A stretch of DNA of 64,000 nt from Monocercomonoides exilis PA203 (Eukaryota > Protista > Preaxostyla), in NCBI GenBank assembly GCA_001643675.2, contig LSRY02000007.1:1178001-1242000 (forward strand). The letters run 5' to 3'. Made by a program: the position numbers and the translations under genes. The notes below the pieces were generated by a model. That model was not told where the DNA came from and ran no database searches. It was given only the letters and a program-made list of their open reading frames with translations. This document shows positions 39,101 to 52,067 of the stretch, one piece after another. Position 1 is the stretch's first letter. Every line of letters begins with the position of its first letter.

Positions 39101-42100
39101 TCACATCGAACAGCCTCACCGTGCCATCCAAAGAGCACGACAGGAGCGGGGCGACAGAAAGAGAGACATATGAACTGAGGGAAAGAGGATGAGAGAAGGA
39201 GGTGTTGGAGAGAGTGGAGAGAGATGTGACGGGGGCGTTGTGTTCTATGACAAGACTGTACTGACGTAGAAACAGGGCCCAGTTGGTGTCGGCTGATTAG
39301 TTAAAATAAAATAAATAAAGAAGGAGATTTTAATATAAAAAACAAATAAATAAATAAGAAGAAAAAATAATTTGAAAAAAGGAAATTGAATAAAGTTCTC
39401 GATTAATTAAAAAAAAAAGAAGAAATTGAAGTCAAATAATGTTCAAAAATACTCTCATAAAAAGAACAATCATCCTCCTCCTTTCGTTCCGTAGCATACC
39501 AATTTCGTGTGAAAATGCCATCTGCCATCCAATCGCATCCATCTGCTGTGCTGACGATGCTGCCAATGCACCGCCTGCTCCTCCTCCACTCACTCCTCCA
39601 TCAGCAGCTGAGCCCCCTTTCTCTCCCATCTCACTCCCTTTGTCTCCTCCTCCTCCTCCTCCATCTCCTCCACTGCCCCCACCTCCTCCTTTCTCTTTCT
39701 CTCCTCCGCTTCCACTCCCTCCCCCTCCTCCTCCTCCTCCTCCACTCCCTCCGCTTCCCATTCCTCCCATTCCTCCTCCACTTATTCCTCCTCCACTTCC
39801 AAACGCACCATACCCTCCTCCTGCTGTCAATCCAAGCTCTCCAAGCTCGCCAATCCCCATCCCTTTCAGCATAATCTCTTCCTGACTCGCTTCGCTTCCT
39901 CTCGCTGCCCAGTCATCGGCCAAATACACTCCTCCTCCACTGCCACTGCTGCCACCTCCTCCGCCAGACAATGCAAAACCAGCTGTTCCCATCATGCTAT
40001 TCCCAGCAGCTGAAGATGAAAGTGACAATGATGATGACAATAACGATGGTTGCCCTGCCATTGAGCCTGAAGTGGAGTACAAAGAAGACAAAATCTCGCT
40101 CCCAGCAAAACCTCCTCCGCTTCCACCTCCTCCTCCTATGCCTCCTCCCATGCCTCCACCACCACCACTTCCTCCTCCTCCCTTCAGCATCCTCTGTGCA
40201 GACGTCGTAAATGCCTCAAGCAACTTCTGCTGATGCCTCTTCTTCACATCACGCTGCATCAGCGTCTGCACCCGTCTTCGGTTCTCTTCTTTCCTCCGCT
40301 CTTTCTCCTCGCCCATTTGCTTTCGGATCTGCCGGCAGGCTGCACTAAACAGAACATCTCGCACATGGAATAGGAAAGTGATTTCGAGTGGAGTGTAGCC
40401 AGAGGAAGTTAAAGTAGAAGAAGAAGAAGAAGAAGATGGATAGTTTTGTGAAGCCATTGTGATAATTGAATATGCATTGGGAGAAGCAGAAGCAGATGAA
40501 GAAGAAGATGATGATGATGATGAAGTTATTTGGTAATTCGGAGGAGGAGACAGAGGAGGAGGAGGAGCAGAAGCAGAAGAGCGATGGGGCATTGTGGATG
40601 AGAAGGAGCCAGATGTGAGTGAGGCAGCGCCTTCAAACACATTTGCACTGCTATTTGTGCTCGACCTGCGCTGATTGCTGGAAGAAGAAGGAGAAGAGGA
40701 AGAAGAAGAAGTTGAGGTTGATATGGAAGGAGAAGGAGAAGGAGAAGATGAGATGGATGATGTGGGTGTGGATGGAGAGGGGACTGTAGCAGAAGATGAA
40801 GAAGAGAAAGAGGAAGAGGAAGAGGAAGAGGAAGAAGATGAAGAAGAAGACGGAGAAGAAACAGAAGTTGACATTGATTCTGAGCGTGGGTAAGTAGGTG
40901 TCACTGTGATCGATGCAGTGGCAGATGAGAGTGTTGTGAGGGCTGTGGCTGTTGTGGCAGAGGAAGAAGTGGAAGAGGTCCTTCCTCCACTCTGCAATGC
41001 TCCTTGTGATGGCTGTTGTTGAGAGGAGGAGGAGGAGGAAGAAGATGATGATGATGATGATGAGGCAGAAGCAGAAGCAAAAGAAGGTGAAGGAGGTAAG
41101 CTGCCGCTGTTTCCTGTGCTGCTTCGTGGTTGGTTGCTTCCTGCTGTTAAGGTAGAGAGACTGTGATTGGAGGCAGTGGAGAAGGTTCTGGAGGAAGAGG
41201 AAGGAGGAGACGAAGAAGATGAAGAAGAGGAGGAGGAAGGAGAGGAGGAAGGAAGTGATGAGCCAAAGGGATTGCCTGTGGATGAAACAGATAGAGAAGC
41301 ATTTGGCACATTGTTATTAGATTGAATGGCATAAGAAGAAGAAGAAGAAGAAGCAATAGAAGAAGTCGATGAAGATCTCTTAGGAAAAGCATGGCGAAAA
41401 GCAGTGTCAATCAAAAGCCTGCGGATTTCATAGCAATTCAATGAAGGTTGAGAGGAATAGGAACGAGAAGAAGAAGAAGAAGAAGGTGTGGATGATGATG
41501 ATGATGAATATTTGTACCCTTCTTTTTGCATGTATGAAGGAGAAGATATGAGAGAAGGAGAAGTGGAAGACAAAGGAGAGGAAGAAGAAGCCGATTTCGA
41601 TGAAATCTTCCTCTCCACCTGCGCTTTTGAACTTCTGCTTTTTGAGCTGTCTGCCCTGATAGTTCTTGTTCTTCTGCTTAAAGTGCGTTCATATGCGTCA
41701 ATATCTGCCTCTTCCCACTCGTCCTCGTCAAACTCGTCGTCTTCATCCTCTTCCTCCTCCTCATCCTCTTCTTCCTCTTCTTCTTCTCTCTCCAACATCT
41801 CCAAAATCTCCAAAGCTCCTTCTCCTCCTCCACCACTTCCTCCTATTCCAATTCCTCCCATCCCATTCACCCCACTTTCCATTCTGTCAGTCACAAACTT
41901 CCTGATCACCCCAACATCTGTCTCAATCAAATGCTCCATCGCCTTTCTCGTCACAGGCTCCACAAGAGCCATCCTCACCATCTCTGCATCAGTCAAATCG
42001 ACTGCAGCGCCAAAGGAAGGAGAGAGAAAAGGAAGAACAAGAGGCTGCAGATAGAGAAGCATGTTGAACACGCCCATCTTCTTCGCTGAGCGAGTCAAGA

Positions 42101-42374
42101 AAACAGACGTTTCGAAGCGCAAAAAGGCGTTTGGATGGACAAGAAGAAGGAAGAGGAACGATTTGGGCGACCAGTCGTATTGAGGAGAGCTGGGTGGAAA
42201 GGGAGAAGAAGATGGGAAAGAGGAAGATGAAGAAGAGGAAGAGGAAGAAGAAGAAGAAGAGGAAGAGGAAGAGGATGAAGTTGATTGTGATGGATCAACA
42301 GAAGAAGGTGTAGTAAATGAAGTTGGAACAACAGACGACGCTGCTGCTTCAGAAGGTTCAATTGTGTTTAAAGG

Positions 42375-42405
<31 letters not shown>

Positions 42406-45400
42406 AGTAAGTTTGAAGACAAATTGAACGGTGAAGGCTCGTTTTCGGACGAGGCAAGTAATGTTCCATTGACACTTGAGGGATCTGAAGCAGAGGAAGA
42501 AGACGAATTCTGCAAAGACGTTTGTATTTCTTGCCCAGCTCCTCCATTTGTGGTTGATTGGATTGTCTCATTTGCATTATTAGCATTATTATTAGCAGTC
42601 ACAATGGGATCAGAAGCAATTTGAACAGAACTTTGAGCAATTTCTTGAGAAGTGCCTGGAAACGAAGAGAATTGAAATGCAGGGAAGTTGATCGATTGGT
42701 CAGAGTTGTTTTGATTGCTTGTCAAGCAGACAGATTTCATCAGAGCATTCATCTCCTTCATCATCTGCATCTGCATCTCTTCCACATCCATCTTATCATT
42801 TGCACCTTCAATGGTGGTTCTTTCATTCTCTTTGCTTTCTTCCTTTTTGGGTGGCTTAACATCGTCATCTTTTTTCTTCAGCACTGCAATCGAATCTTCC
42901 TCGTCTTCTTCGTCTTCCACTATTTCCCCCTCATCTTCCTCTGTCCTTCCATACATCATCTCCTCTCTATTTCTTCTCCTCCTCATATTCACCTTCATCA
43001 TCTCCTGCTTTCCTTCTCCTTCTCCTTCTCCTCTTCTCCTCCTCCCCTTCCTATTCCTCCTGTTCCTCTTGTTCTTCTCTCCCCTGTCGTTCATCACAGA
43101 CACTGCATCCAACAGCACCTCCACTGGTGAATGCTCCACAAGATCATTCAGACACTTCATCATCATCGTCGCTATCATCTCCTCTTGTGCTGTTGAAGGC
43201 CACACACATCTCTTAGCCACTGCTGGCACAATAACACCAGCCATCGCCTCGTTCTCCTTGCACAGCGAGACCAGAGAAGGAGGAAGTGAAGAAAGAAGCA
43301 TCGGCTCATCAGCCACAGACAACAAGGAGAGAAAGACCGAACAGGCGCTGTAGTCAAACGCCAGCAGTGAGTGGGACATCATCAGCGGGGTCTGAGGAGA
43401 AGAGAGGAAAGCTAAACGGGCAAAGCTGTTTGTGTTGAGGACAGTGGCAATCCCCGCGACGATGCAGCGTTTGAGCTCCCACTGGTGGTGCTCGTAGTGC
43501 GGGTGATCGTGGAAGAGCAAGGAATATCTCATGGCAGACAGGCAGATGTGCGCAAAATGTGCAGCAGCTGGCACGAAATCGACGGCAGAGTCAGACAAAG
43601 AGCCGGGAGAAGTCGAAGGGACGAGGAAGCGGCTGCGGGGGAATGAGCGGATGGAGTCGGTGATGTAAGGGAGCGCAAAGGAAGAGGCAGAGGTAGAGAA
43701 GGAGGCAGTGTAGAGAGAGAGGATGGTCTGCCGGTAGAGGCGTTCATCAGTCATTTTCTGGTTGGGGTGGGAGAGAGAGGAAGAAGAGGAAGAGGAGGAA
43801 GAGGAAGAGGATGATGATGATGATGCAGAAGAGGAAGAAGAGGGTAACTGTGAATATGGGCTTTGGAAAAGCACAGATGAAATGGAAGAGGGAGAAGAAG
43901 AAGGTGAAGAAGAAGATGAAGCAATAGAAGAAGCCAGATCAGATTCGATGACAGATTCATAAGAGAAGAAAGGAGATATTTTGTGAGATGAATGGAGGGT
44001 GGAATCAATAGAACGAGGGATTGGTTGCCTTGCTTTCCACATGGATGATGGGAAGGCTGAGAGGAAAGGGGAAGAGAAAAGTGAATTGCGTGGCTTGATG
44101 TGTTTGAAGGGGGTTAGAGCTGAAGAAGCAGAAGAGGTAGAGGAAGAAGATGAAGAAGAAGTTGATTGAGGTGCAGATGAAGAAGCAGAAGGAAAAGAAG
44201 AAGAAGAAGAAGAAGCAGCCCCTGATCTTCCATTTTGTGCCACATTTTCCTTTTGATCAGTCAAAAACGAGTCATTTTGTGTGGCTGTGATTGACAAGGA
44301 GCCAATTCCGATGTCTGAAATCGCATTCAAAATCGTGTGATACAATGGAAGCAAGTTCGGAGAAGGCAGAATGTTTGGAAAGATATCTCTAACAAACAAA
44401 TCCAGTCTAATTCTCTCTTTCATTTTGGATCTTTCTGCTTTCCTTTTCTCTCTCCTCAGCTTCTTCTCCATCCGCTGCCTCACCTTCTGCCTCATCGCGT
44501 CTCTCTCTTTCACTTGCTTCTCCATGATTGATGCATTTGCTCCTTGTAATGCTGAATTCCCTGTCATCTGCATTGACATCTGCGATTGCCCTGGTGATGT
44601 CATCATCGTTGTCATTGACATAGACATCATCATCATATCCCCCTCATCCACCATCGCCTCCTCTTCGTCTGCTGCTGCCTCTGCCTCGTCCTCCTCTGCC
44701 TCTTCTCTCATTCGGCATCCAATCTGCGAAAGAAGCAAGCAAACAGCATCGAAACAGGCTGAGTGAACTGTTTGCGAGGGGCAGTTGTTTAAGAGGAAGA
44801 GAAGAGAAGGAAGCAGATATTGCACAACTGCATCGTCGTCCACATAGAAGGAGAGGTAAGTGAGGCAGTTGATGGTGCGAAGGAGGGTGTCGATGGATGA
44901 GGAATAGTGAAGGAGCCCCCGAAGAGAGAGGAGGAGGGCTGTGATTGGAGGGAGGTGCGTGGGAGGAGGCAGACGCCAGTCAAAGTGGAGATTTGGATGA
45001 AGTGAGAAGAAGAGGTGGGAAGAAGAAGAGGAAGAAGAAGAATGTGGTGTGTTTGAAGAAGAAAATGATGATGATGATGATGATGATGACATTGAAAGTG
45101 ACTGAGAAAGAGAAGGAGAAGGAGAAGCAACCGCAGCACATGGGAAAGCCGACACATAAGATTGGTTCTGATTGTCATTCAGCTGCGAACGAGGAGACAG
45201 AATGTTCTGTTTCGAGGCAGAGGAAGACAAGTGGATGTGTTGCTGGCCGCAGCTGCACTCAAAAGCAGAGTGGGAGCCGAAGAGAGGGAGAGAAGGGTCA
45301 TCAATGAGCGGGGCAAAAGGAGTGAGAGAGGAAAGCTCTTCATCTAAGTCATTGTCATTATCGTCATTGTTGTTATTGTTATCATTAACAAGGGAAGATG

Positions 45401-47407
45401 AAGGGGAAGAAGAAGAAGAAGAGAGGAAAGAAGGCTTAGATATGGCAGAAGATGCAGATGAAGAAGAAGCTGGGTTATTTCCTGTATGGAATGAATAACC
45501 AGATTCAGATAAATCTCTTTTCTTTGCATCTCTTCTGTCAAATCCATCTTTCCCCTTCTCTTTCTCTTTCTCCCCTCTTTCTTTCTCCTTCTCTCTATCC
45601 ACACACATCAATATCCTCTTCTTCTCCATCCAGCTGATGCGAGGCAGCCCCATCGCCTCTCTCTCTTTGGCAGTTCGGCAGCTGTCGCAGTCACACACAG
45701 ACACACAACCAGAGCCAGAAAGAAGAGAAAGGGCAAAGGAGGGGAGAGAAGAGGAGGAGAAAGAAGAGGAAGAGGAGGAAGAAGAATGTGAAGAAGGAGA
45801 AGAGAAGAAAGAAGGAGAAAAAGAAGATGATGACGATGATGATGAAATTGGATATTTCATTTCTTCTTCGTTTTTCGAGTTGATTAACTCGTTTTGATCA
45901 AATGTGTCGAATAAGCTGTCATCTTCACTATTTTCTTCTTCAAATTGACTTCTGCTGCCTTTCTCATCAGTTTCTGATTCATCTTCAGCATTCTCTGTGT
46001 TTTTTTCTCTTTTATTCACATTGTTATCATCATCATCGTTTTTCTCATTTCTTTCTTCTTCTCCTTCTACTTCTCCTTTCTCTTTCTCTTCGTCTTTCTC
46101 TTTTTCACTAGCACTTGTATCTCCATTTATTTCTGTCACTCCTTCTGATTGATTGTTTATTGAAGGACTCGAAATATTCCCTTGTTCTTCTTCTCTTTCT
46201 CTTTCTCTTTCTTTCTCCTTCTCCTTCTCCTTCTCTCTCTCTCTCCTCTCCTTTCTCTCTCTCCTCTTCCTCTCTCTTCTTCTCTGAATAATCCTTTTAT
46301 TCCTCTTCTGCTCCTTTTCTGTCACAACCAACGCTAACACATCATCTTCTGACTCACTTTCACACACAAAAATCGGATGTTGTGGCTCATTCATCCTCTT
46401 CATTGGTTTTACTCCTTTATTTTTTCCTTTGACTTTGCCTTTATCTTTTCCTTTTCTCTTTCCTTTCTCTTTCTCTTTTTCTTTTTCTTTAATTGAATCT
46501 TTTCTGTAAGTTGTATTTTGATTGTTTCCTTTTTCATTATCAGATCTCATTCCTTTGCTAATTTCTGATTCTTCTTTTGTTTTCTCTCCTTTTTCATTAT
46601 ATTTCTGTTCTTTTCCTTCTTTTCCTTCTTTTTCATCATTTTCTCTTGTTTCGCTTCTTCTAAGCAGATGGCATCGTTTGCATCGATATCGATACACAAC
46701 TACTTCATCTTCTTTTTCTTTATCTTCTTCTTCTTCTTCTGGTTTTTCTTCTGTTTCTGCTTCTTTTTCCTTTCGTCTTTCTTCATTCCCTTCAACATCA
46801 GAATTGCCTTTTTCTTCTTCTCTTCCTTCTTCTTCTTTCTCTCTCTCTTCTGGTTGAAGAGGCATTGGTTTGTCCTCATTATCTTCATCACATCCATTTC
46901 TTTGCTCAATTTTGATAGGAGATTGTGAAGAAGACAATGAACGTTCAACTTTTTTCGTCTCTTTTGTTTCAGTTATTTCTTCTTTCTCTTCTCTTCTTTC
47001 AATTTCTTTTTCTTTTTCTCTTCCTTCTTCTCTTCCTTCTCCTTCTCCTTCTCCTTCTCCTTCCACTTGTTCCAACTGCATTTTCAACAGCTTCTGCTGT
47101 TCTTTTATCTCCATCTTTTTCACCACTCTCAAAAGAAGTGTTAATTCGGCATCTCTTTCATCCATTGCAGAGGAAGAAGGAGAATCGAAGAAGAGAGGAG
47201 AGGGTGAAGAAGAGAAGGAGGAAGAAGATGATGATGATGATGAAGATAAAGAAGAAGATGATGATGATGATGAAGTGGAAACAGAAGATGAAAGAGAAGA
47301 TTGAGATGAGGATGAAGGGAATGAGGTTGAAGATGAAGGAGAAGACGAAGACGAAGAAGAAAGAGGAAATGGTTGAGAAGAGGTGAAAATTGAAGCAGAA
47401 GGAGAAA

Positions 47408-47438
<31 letters not shown>

Positions 47439-50400
47439 TGGAGATGGAGAAGAAGGAGAAGCAGGTTGAAGGAGCAGAGGAGGAGGAGGTGTAGAAGGCG
47501 AAGAAGATGAAGAGAAGCATTCAGAAGTAGGAGATGTTGAGTTATCTGGTGAGAGAGATGGCTGTTCGGGTGAAAGAGAGGAGGAAGAAGAGGAGGAAGA
47601 AGAGGAGGAAGAAGAAGAAGGAGAGGAAGGAGAAGAAGAAAGAGAAGGAGAATTTGAAGTAAATGAAGGAGATACAGCAACTGTGGTTAGAAAAGAAGAA
47701 TGCTCTGAAGATGATGAAGAGGAAGAAGAAGAAGAAGATGTTATTGATGATTCTGTGATAAATGGAGCGTTTTCAGCTGTTTTGTCATCTTTTGCATCTT
47801 TCTTCTTTCTTATTCGAATCACTTCAACTTCATAGTCATCATCACAGTTGCCTCCACAATTACAGTACTTTGTTTCTTTTTCTTCTCTTTCTTCTTTTTC
47901 TTCCTTTTCACTTTTCTTCCTCTCTTCTCCATTCATTTCTCTACATTCTTCACCTCCATCAACTTTATCTTCCTCTTCCTCTTCCTCCTCTTCTCTTTCT
48001 TCAAACGTGCTGTCTGTCAGAAAATCACTTGACTCTGTTGTTTCTCCGCTTTCCTCACTTTCCATCGTCTTCTTCTTCTTGTTCGTCTTCTCATTCATTC
48101 CATTCATCACAAACAAAACTCCCTTCTTCTGATCCTTCTGTTCCATCTGTGATTTCTTGCTTCTTTCTGCTTCAGCTGCTTCTTCATCCTCTTCCTCTTC
48201 TTCTTCTTCTTCTTCATATTCTGATTCATATTCCTCTTCATCCTCCTCCTCCTCCTCTTCTTCTTCATCTTTCTCGTCTCCTTCATGTTTTGCTTCTCCT
48301 TCATTTCCTTTGCTCTTCAAATTCGTTTGTTCTAATATTTCTGGTTGCATCAATCTTTCCTGTTTCCTCCTCTTCTCTTCTTCCTCCTCCTCCTTCTTTA
48401 TCCTCTCCTTCTCTCTCTCTCTCTCTCTCTCCTTCTCTCTCCTCTCCTTCTCCCTCTCAATCGCCTCCTTCCTCCTCTTCCATTCTTCTTCTCTCTGCTC
48501 GTTTATCTTCCTCACATTCGCATTCACATCCAAAAGCATTCCCAAACTCTGATTAGACAGAAGAGTATTCAGCAGATGTTCAGGCCCTTGTCTTCCGCTG
48601 TGGGAGATGAGTGAATGGAGTGAGGTGAAGAGAGGCGGGAAGAAGGTGGCGGTGTCGGTGAGGCTGTTAAAAAAATTACAAATAAATAAATAAATAAGAA
48701 AAGAAGAAGAAGAAGAAGAAAGATAGATAGATAGATAAATAGATAGATAGATAGATAGAAAAGAATAGAAAAGAAGGAGTTGAGAGGAGAAGATGAATGA
48801 GTTGACAATTTAAGAGGGATAAAAGAAATGAGATGAAATGAAATGAAATGAAATGAAATGAAATGAAATGAAATGAAATGAAATGAAATGAAATGAAATG
48901 AAATGAAATGAAATGAAATGAAATGAAATGAAATGAAATGAAATGAAATGAAATGAAATGAAATGAAATGAAATGAAATGAAATGAAATGAAGAAATTTA
49001 ATAAAAATTTTGAAAATAAAGCAAAACAAATATTTTCCAAGTCATAATAATAACAAAAATAACAATAACAAACTATTTTCTGAATATGTCTGTTGTTGAT
49101 GGCCGTTCATCTGGGTTGATTGAGAGCATCTCTTTGATCATCTCAAAGCCTTCTTCAGAAAGAGAAGGACAATTCTTTAATTGCACAAAGGGATCGTATC
49201 GATGCTGAGGGAAGAAAAAAGAAAGAAGAAAGAAAGAAAAGGAAAAAGAATTTTTTTTTTAAAATGAAAAATGGAAAAAGAAAAATATATAAATGAATGG
49301 ATGGATGAAAGTTCAGAAATACAGAAATGAAATAAATGAAATGAAAAATAAAGAAGAAATACAAGAAGAAAAAAAAACCAATGAAAGTCAAAAAGAAAGA
49401 AAGAAAGAAAGAAAACAAAAAGAAAGCATACTTCTTTGTATTTAATCATCGTCTCCAGAGTCAAAAACGGCTTGCTGTCCAAAAAGACCTCAGCGATACA
49501 GCAGCCCAAGCTGAATATATCAGCCTTCTGCCATCTGAGTGTGTTCAGCTCACTTTCTGACAGAAGCATGTCAAAAGAAGGAGTTGCTGCACATGAAGAG
49601 GAAGAAGAAGAAGAAGGTTGAAGAACTTGAGGTGGAGATGCACTGTCATCAGGAGTATAAGCCGGTGGGGATTTGCTTGTCAGATCTCGATTTGTTTCAG
49701 CTGATGACACATTTGAACACGAATAAGCAGAAGAGCTTGCCAAATTTTCCGCTGCCTCCATCTTCCCTCTCTCTTTCGTTTCTGAATTCAGCCCTCCTTC
49801 CGTCTCTCCTTCTTCTCCGCTCTGCATCCGCTTTCTCCTTTGCTCAGTGCTCGCTTTCATCATCGATGCTCTTCTCGCTTTTTCTTCTGCTTTTTTCTTC
49901 TCTTTCTCCTTGTAAGCCTCTCTTTCAGTTGTTCGAACTGATCCATAGATTGAATATGGCTTTTCGACATCAATTCGTTCCGGTGCTAATGTTATTGACT
50001 GATTTTCTTCAATCATTTTATGTGGCTCCCAATGAAGAAGATAGTTCCGAAACATTGTCGAATCACCTCCCTTCATAATAGATAAATAAATATTGAATAC
50101 AAATTTTATATATTATTATTACATAAAAAATATGCAATAAAATATACATGCATGCACATATTGTTTTAAAGTGAAAAATAAATTCAAATTCAAATTCAAA
50201 TGTGTATTTTTAAATAAAATAAATTCTTCACAAAATACATGATTGTTTAATTTTTTTATTCATACAATTGGGACTTCATATGGACGAAAATGAAATAAGT
50301 CTGCAAGGTATATCCAACCCCATGAAGTTGTTAAAAAATTGGTGAGACGAATGTTTCCATGATACATATTTGTTGTGTGAAGAAGATGAACAGCTTGAAG

Positions 50401-50911
50401 CATTAAAAATGCGTACCATTGCTTCTCGATGGTTAAAGCTCGTGGATAAGATCTGAACAAATATATGAGATAAATTATAATCAAAATAATAAGATGGATG
50501 CTTAAAAGAATTCAAAATAAACCTTAATCTTTGAGGAAGTGATGTTTGGATAAATCTTCTCTCAACAAATAAATACCCTCCTTTTTCGTTAACGCGATGT
50601 GGCAGTAAAATGTTTGTAAGGATTGGAGGTAACTTGTTTGTTAGAAGTGATGATTTTTCTTCGTCAGTTGGAGCATCTTGTGGAAATGAATAAATTTTCA
50701 CAATTGCAGGCCCAAAAACATTGTGCGTCCGAAAAGCAGCTTCCGCCAATCCTCCACCCCCAAGGAAGCGACCTATTTTATCGTGAGGATTTGTAAGCAC
50801 TTTGTCTTCTCTCGGAAGTTGATGTTGTCTGCAATATTGCTCAAAAACACTGTTCCAATTTTTTTGACTCGATATGCAAATGTAACGCCATTGCTTTTGC
50901 GACTGGGCCAT
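36107..50911 (-). CDS. VPS15: Vps15 / PIK3R4, class III PI3K regulatory subunit (pseudokinase-HEAT-WD40), greatly expanded
   Basis: Kinase: IEKQWYAFLMLQAV..YHGNIRLTNFLTTSWGWIYLAD, LAPER, DIFSLGCCIAEVFLD. HEAT: LSFYVDDDAVVQYLLPSL, LLVHPNAFLRF. WD40: EHNAPVTSL, DGTVRLFD and terminal HNDCITSL..LVSASRDGSIIVW. One exon spans about 39500-48664. Confidence 0.9.
36929..36965. repeat. (AAAAT)n intronic microsatellite
   Basis: Direct observation. Confidence 0.85.
48721..48758. repeat. (ATAG)n intronic microsatellite
   Basis: Direct observation, with one interruption. Confidence 0.85.
48825..48990. repeat. (GAAAT)n microsatellite, about 33 units, in a Vps15 intron
   Basis: Direct observation. Confidence 0.95.
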
Positions 50912-51261
50912 TGCTGCTCACGAATTCCTCTTGGAAACCTGTATATCTCTAAAATTTTCTTTTTTTAAACCATCATTTATCTCTTTCAAATTCATATTTT
51001 TTTCAAATATGTTATGAAACAACTTTCATTGTGATGACTACTTCAATTCTTTGTTTTAAGAGAGATTTGAAAAATGCCCTTAATTTTGAAAACGTTATTA
51101 TTCATTTTGTGTTTTTTGATTTTTAAAGTAATTATGTTTAAATATATTAATTAAAAAGAATGTGAAATGTGAAGTTTTCCTTCTGTATTTGCTAATATCT
51201 GAAATTTAATTCTTAAAGTTGAAAATGACTTCAAGTTGTAAACAAACTGAAACTTTTAATA

Positions 51262-51835
51262 ATGTCATTCGTGTTTTTGCTATATTTATTACCTCAACTC
51301 TTCATATGTCAATGCATTGACGTGGTGTTTATCCCTATAATATCTCCGTTTCATTCTTTTGGAGAGGTTGTTGGAACAAATGGATTTTCTCCATTTGTGC
51401 AAAAAGTGCCAGCATCAGATATTTACTGCTTGTTTGCAAATTGTCCGAAATTCAAACTAATCTTTTTTCTATTTTTTGTTTGCATTTATGTTTATAGGTC
51501 AATTGGACCAAGATATGGTTGGAGAAGAGGAGGAACGCGTTATTGGACTGACTATGGCTCTTGCATTCCTCCAAGGCCTCCTCCGCATCCACCTTCTTAT
51601 CAATTTTTCGATGAAAGTGACCACTTTATGCGGTATGGTTTCTTTTTTACTTTCAATTTTCTTCGATTTCGAAATATTATTTAGTTATTCAAACTTTGAA
51701 AGAAGGAGTTCTTATCAACAAAGACCGTTTTATAATGGTAATCCTCAAATTCTTAAGCCATCAAAGGATCTATTTCGTTCTTATATTCCTAATAATAGAT
51801 TTCTTTTCGAATATCGAACAAATTATCAATATTAA
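51262..51835 (+). CDS. Small hypothetical secreted protein, Tyr/Arg/Pro-rich
   Basis: Signal-peptide-like MSFVFLLYLLPQLFICQ. Putative introns 51432-51497 and 51633-51684 give ...SIGPRYGWRRGGTRYWTDYG..PPRPPPHPP..RYSNFERR...YQY*. Confidence 0.55.
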
Positions 51836-52067
51836 CAGCAAATTTTTGTTTTTCTTTGGATGTTCGTTTAAAGGAAAATAGCGAATGAAATGATATTTAA
51901 AAAAAAAAAGAAAAAGGTGTTAACCGGAAATTTTTTATTTTCATCCAATTTCAATTCGTATGTTTTCAAAATAAAAATTCATCAAAACATAAACATAATC
52001 ATGTAACTTCAACGTAAATAGAGTTTGTTGTTTGTCATCAAAAACCTATATATGATATTTCGTTTGT

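Noticed and set aside
39432-48545. 3037-aa ORF as a standalone gene
   Set aside because: It begins at a TTG inside an exon, is bounded by phase-compatible splice sites (about 48664 and 39500) and carries Vps15 HEAT motifs between the kinase and WD40 exons.
29662-48614. Numerous overlapping short ORFs rich in L/F/S/E/K/P
   Set aside because: Alternative-frame and antisense readings of low-complexity tracts within the USP-like and Vps15 genes.
48676-49040. (FHFIS)n repeat proteins, or a CRISPR/telomere-like array
   Set aside because: Simple intronic (GAAAT)n microsatellite without spacers. The same applies to the (FCFVL)n ORF over the TTTTG repeat at 53.3 kb.
15354-50911. Functional gene cluster (proteasome, DUB, export, Vps15)
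   Set aside because: Mixed orientations and unrelated pathways; adjacency in a compact eukaryotic genome is not evidence of a co-regulated system.
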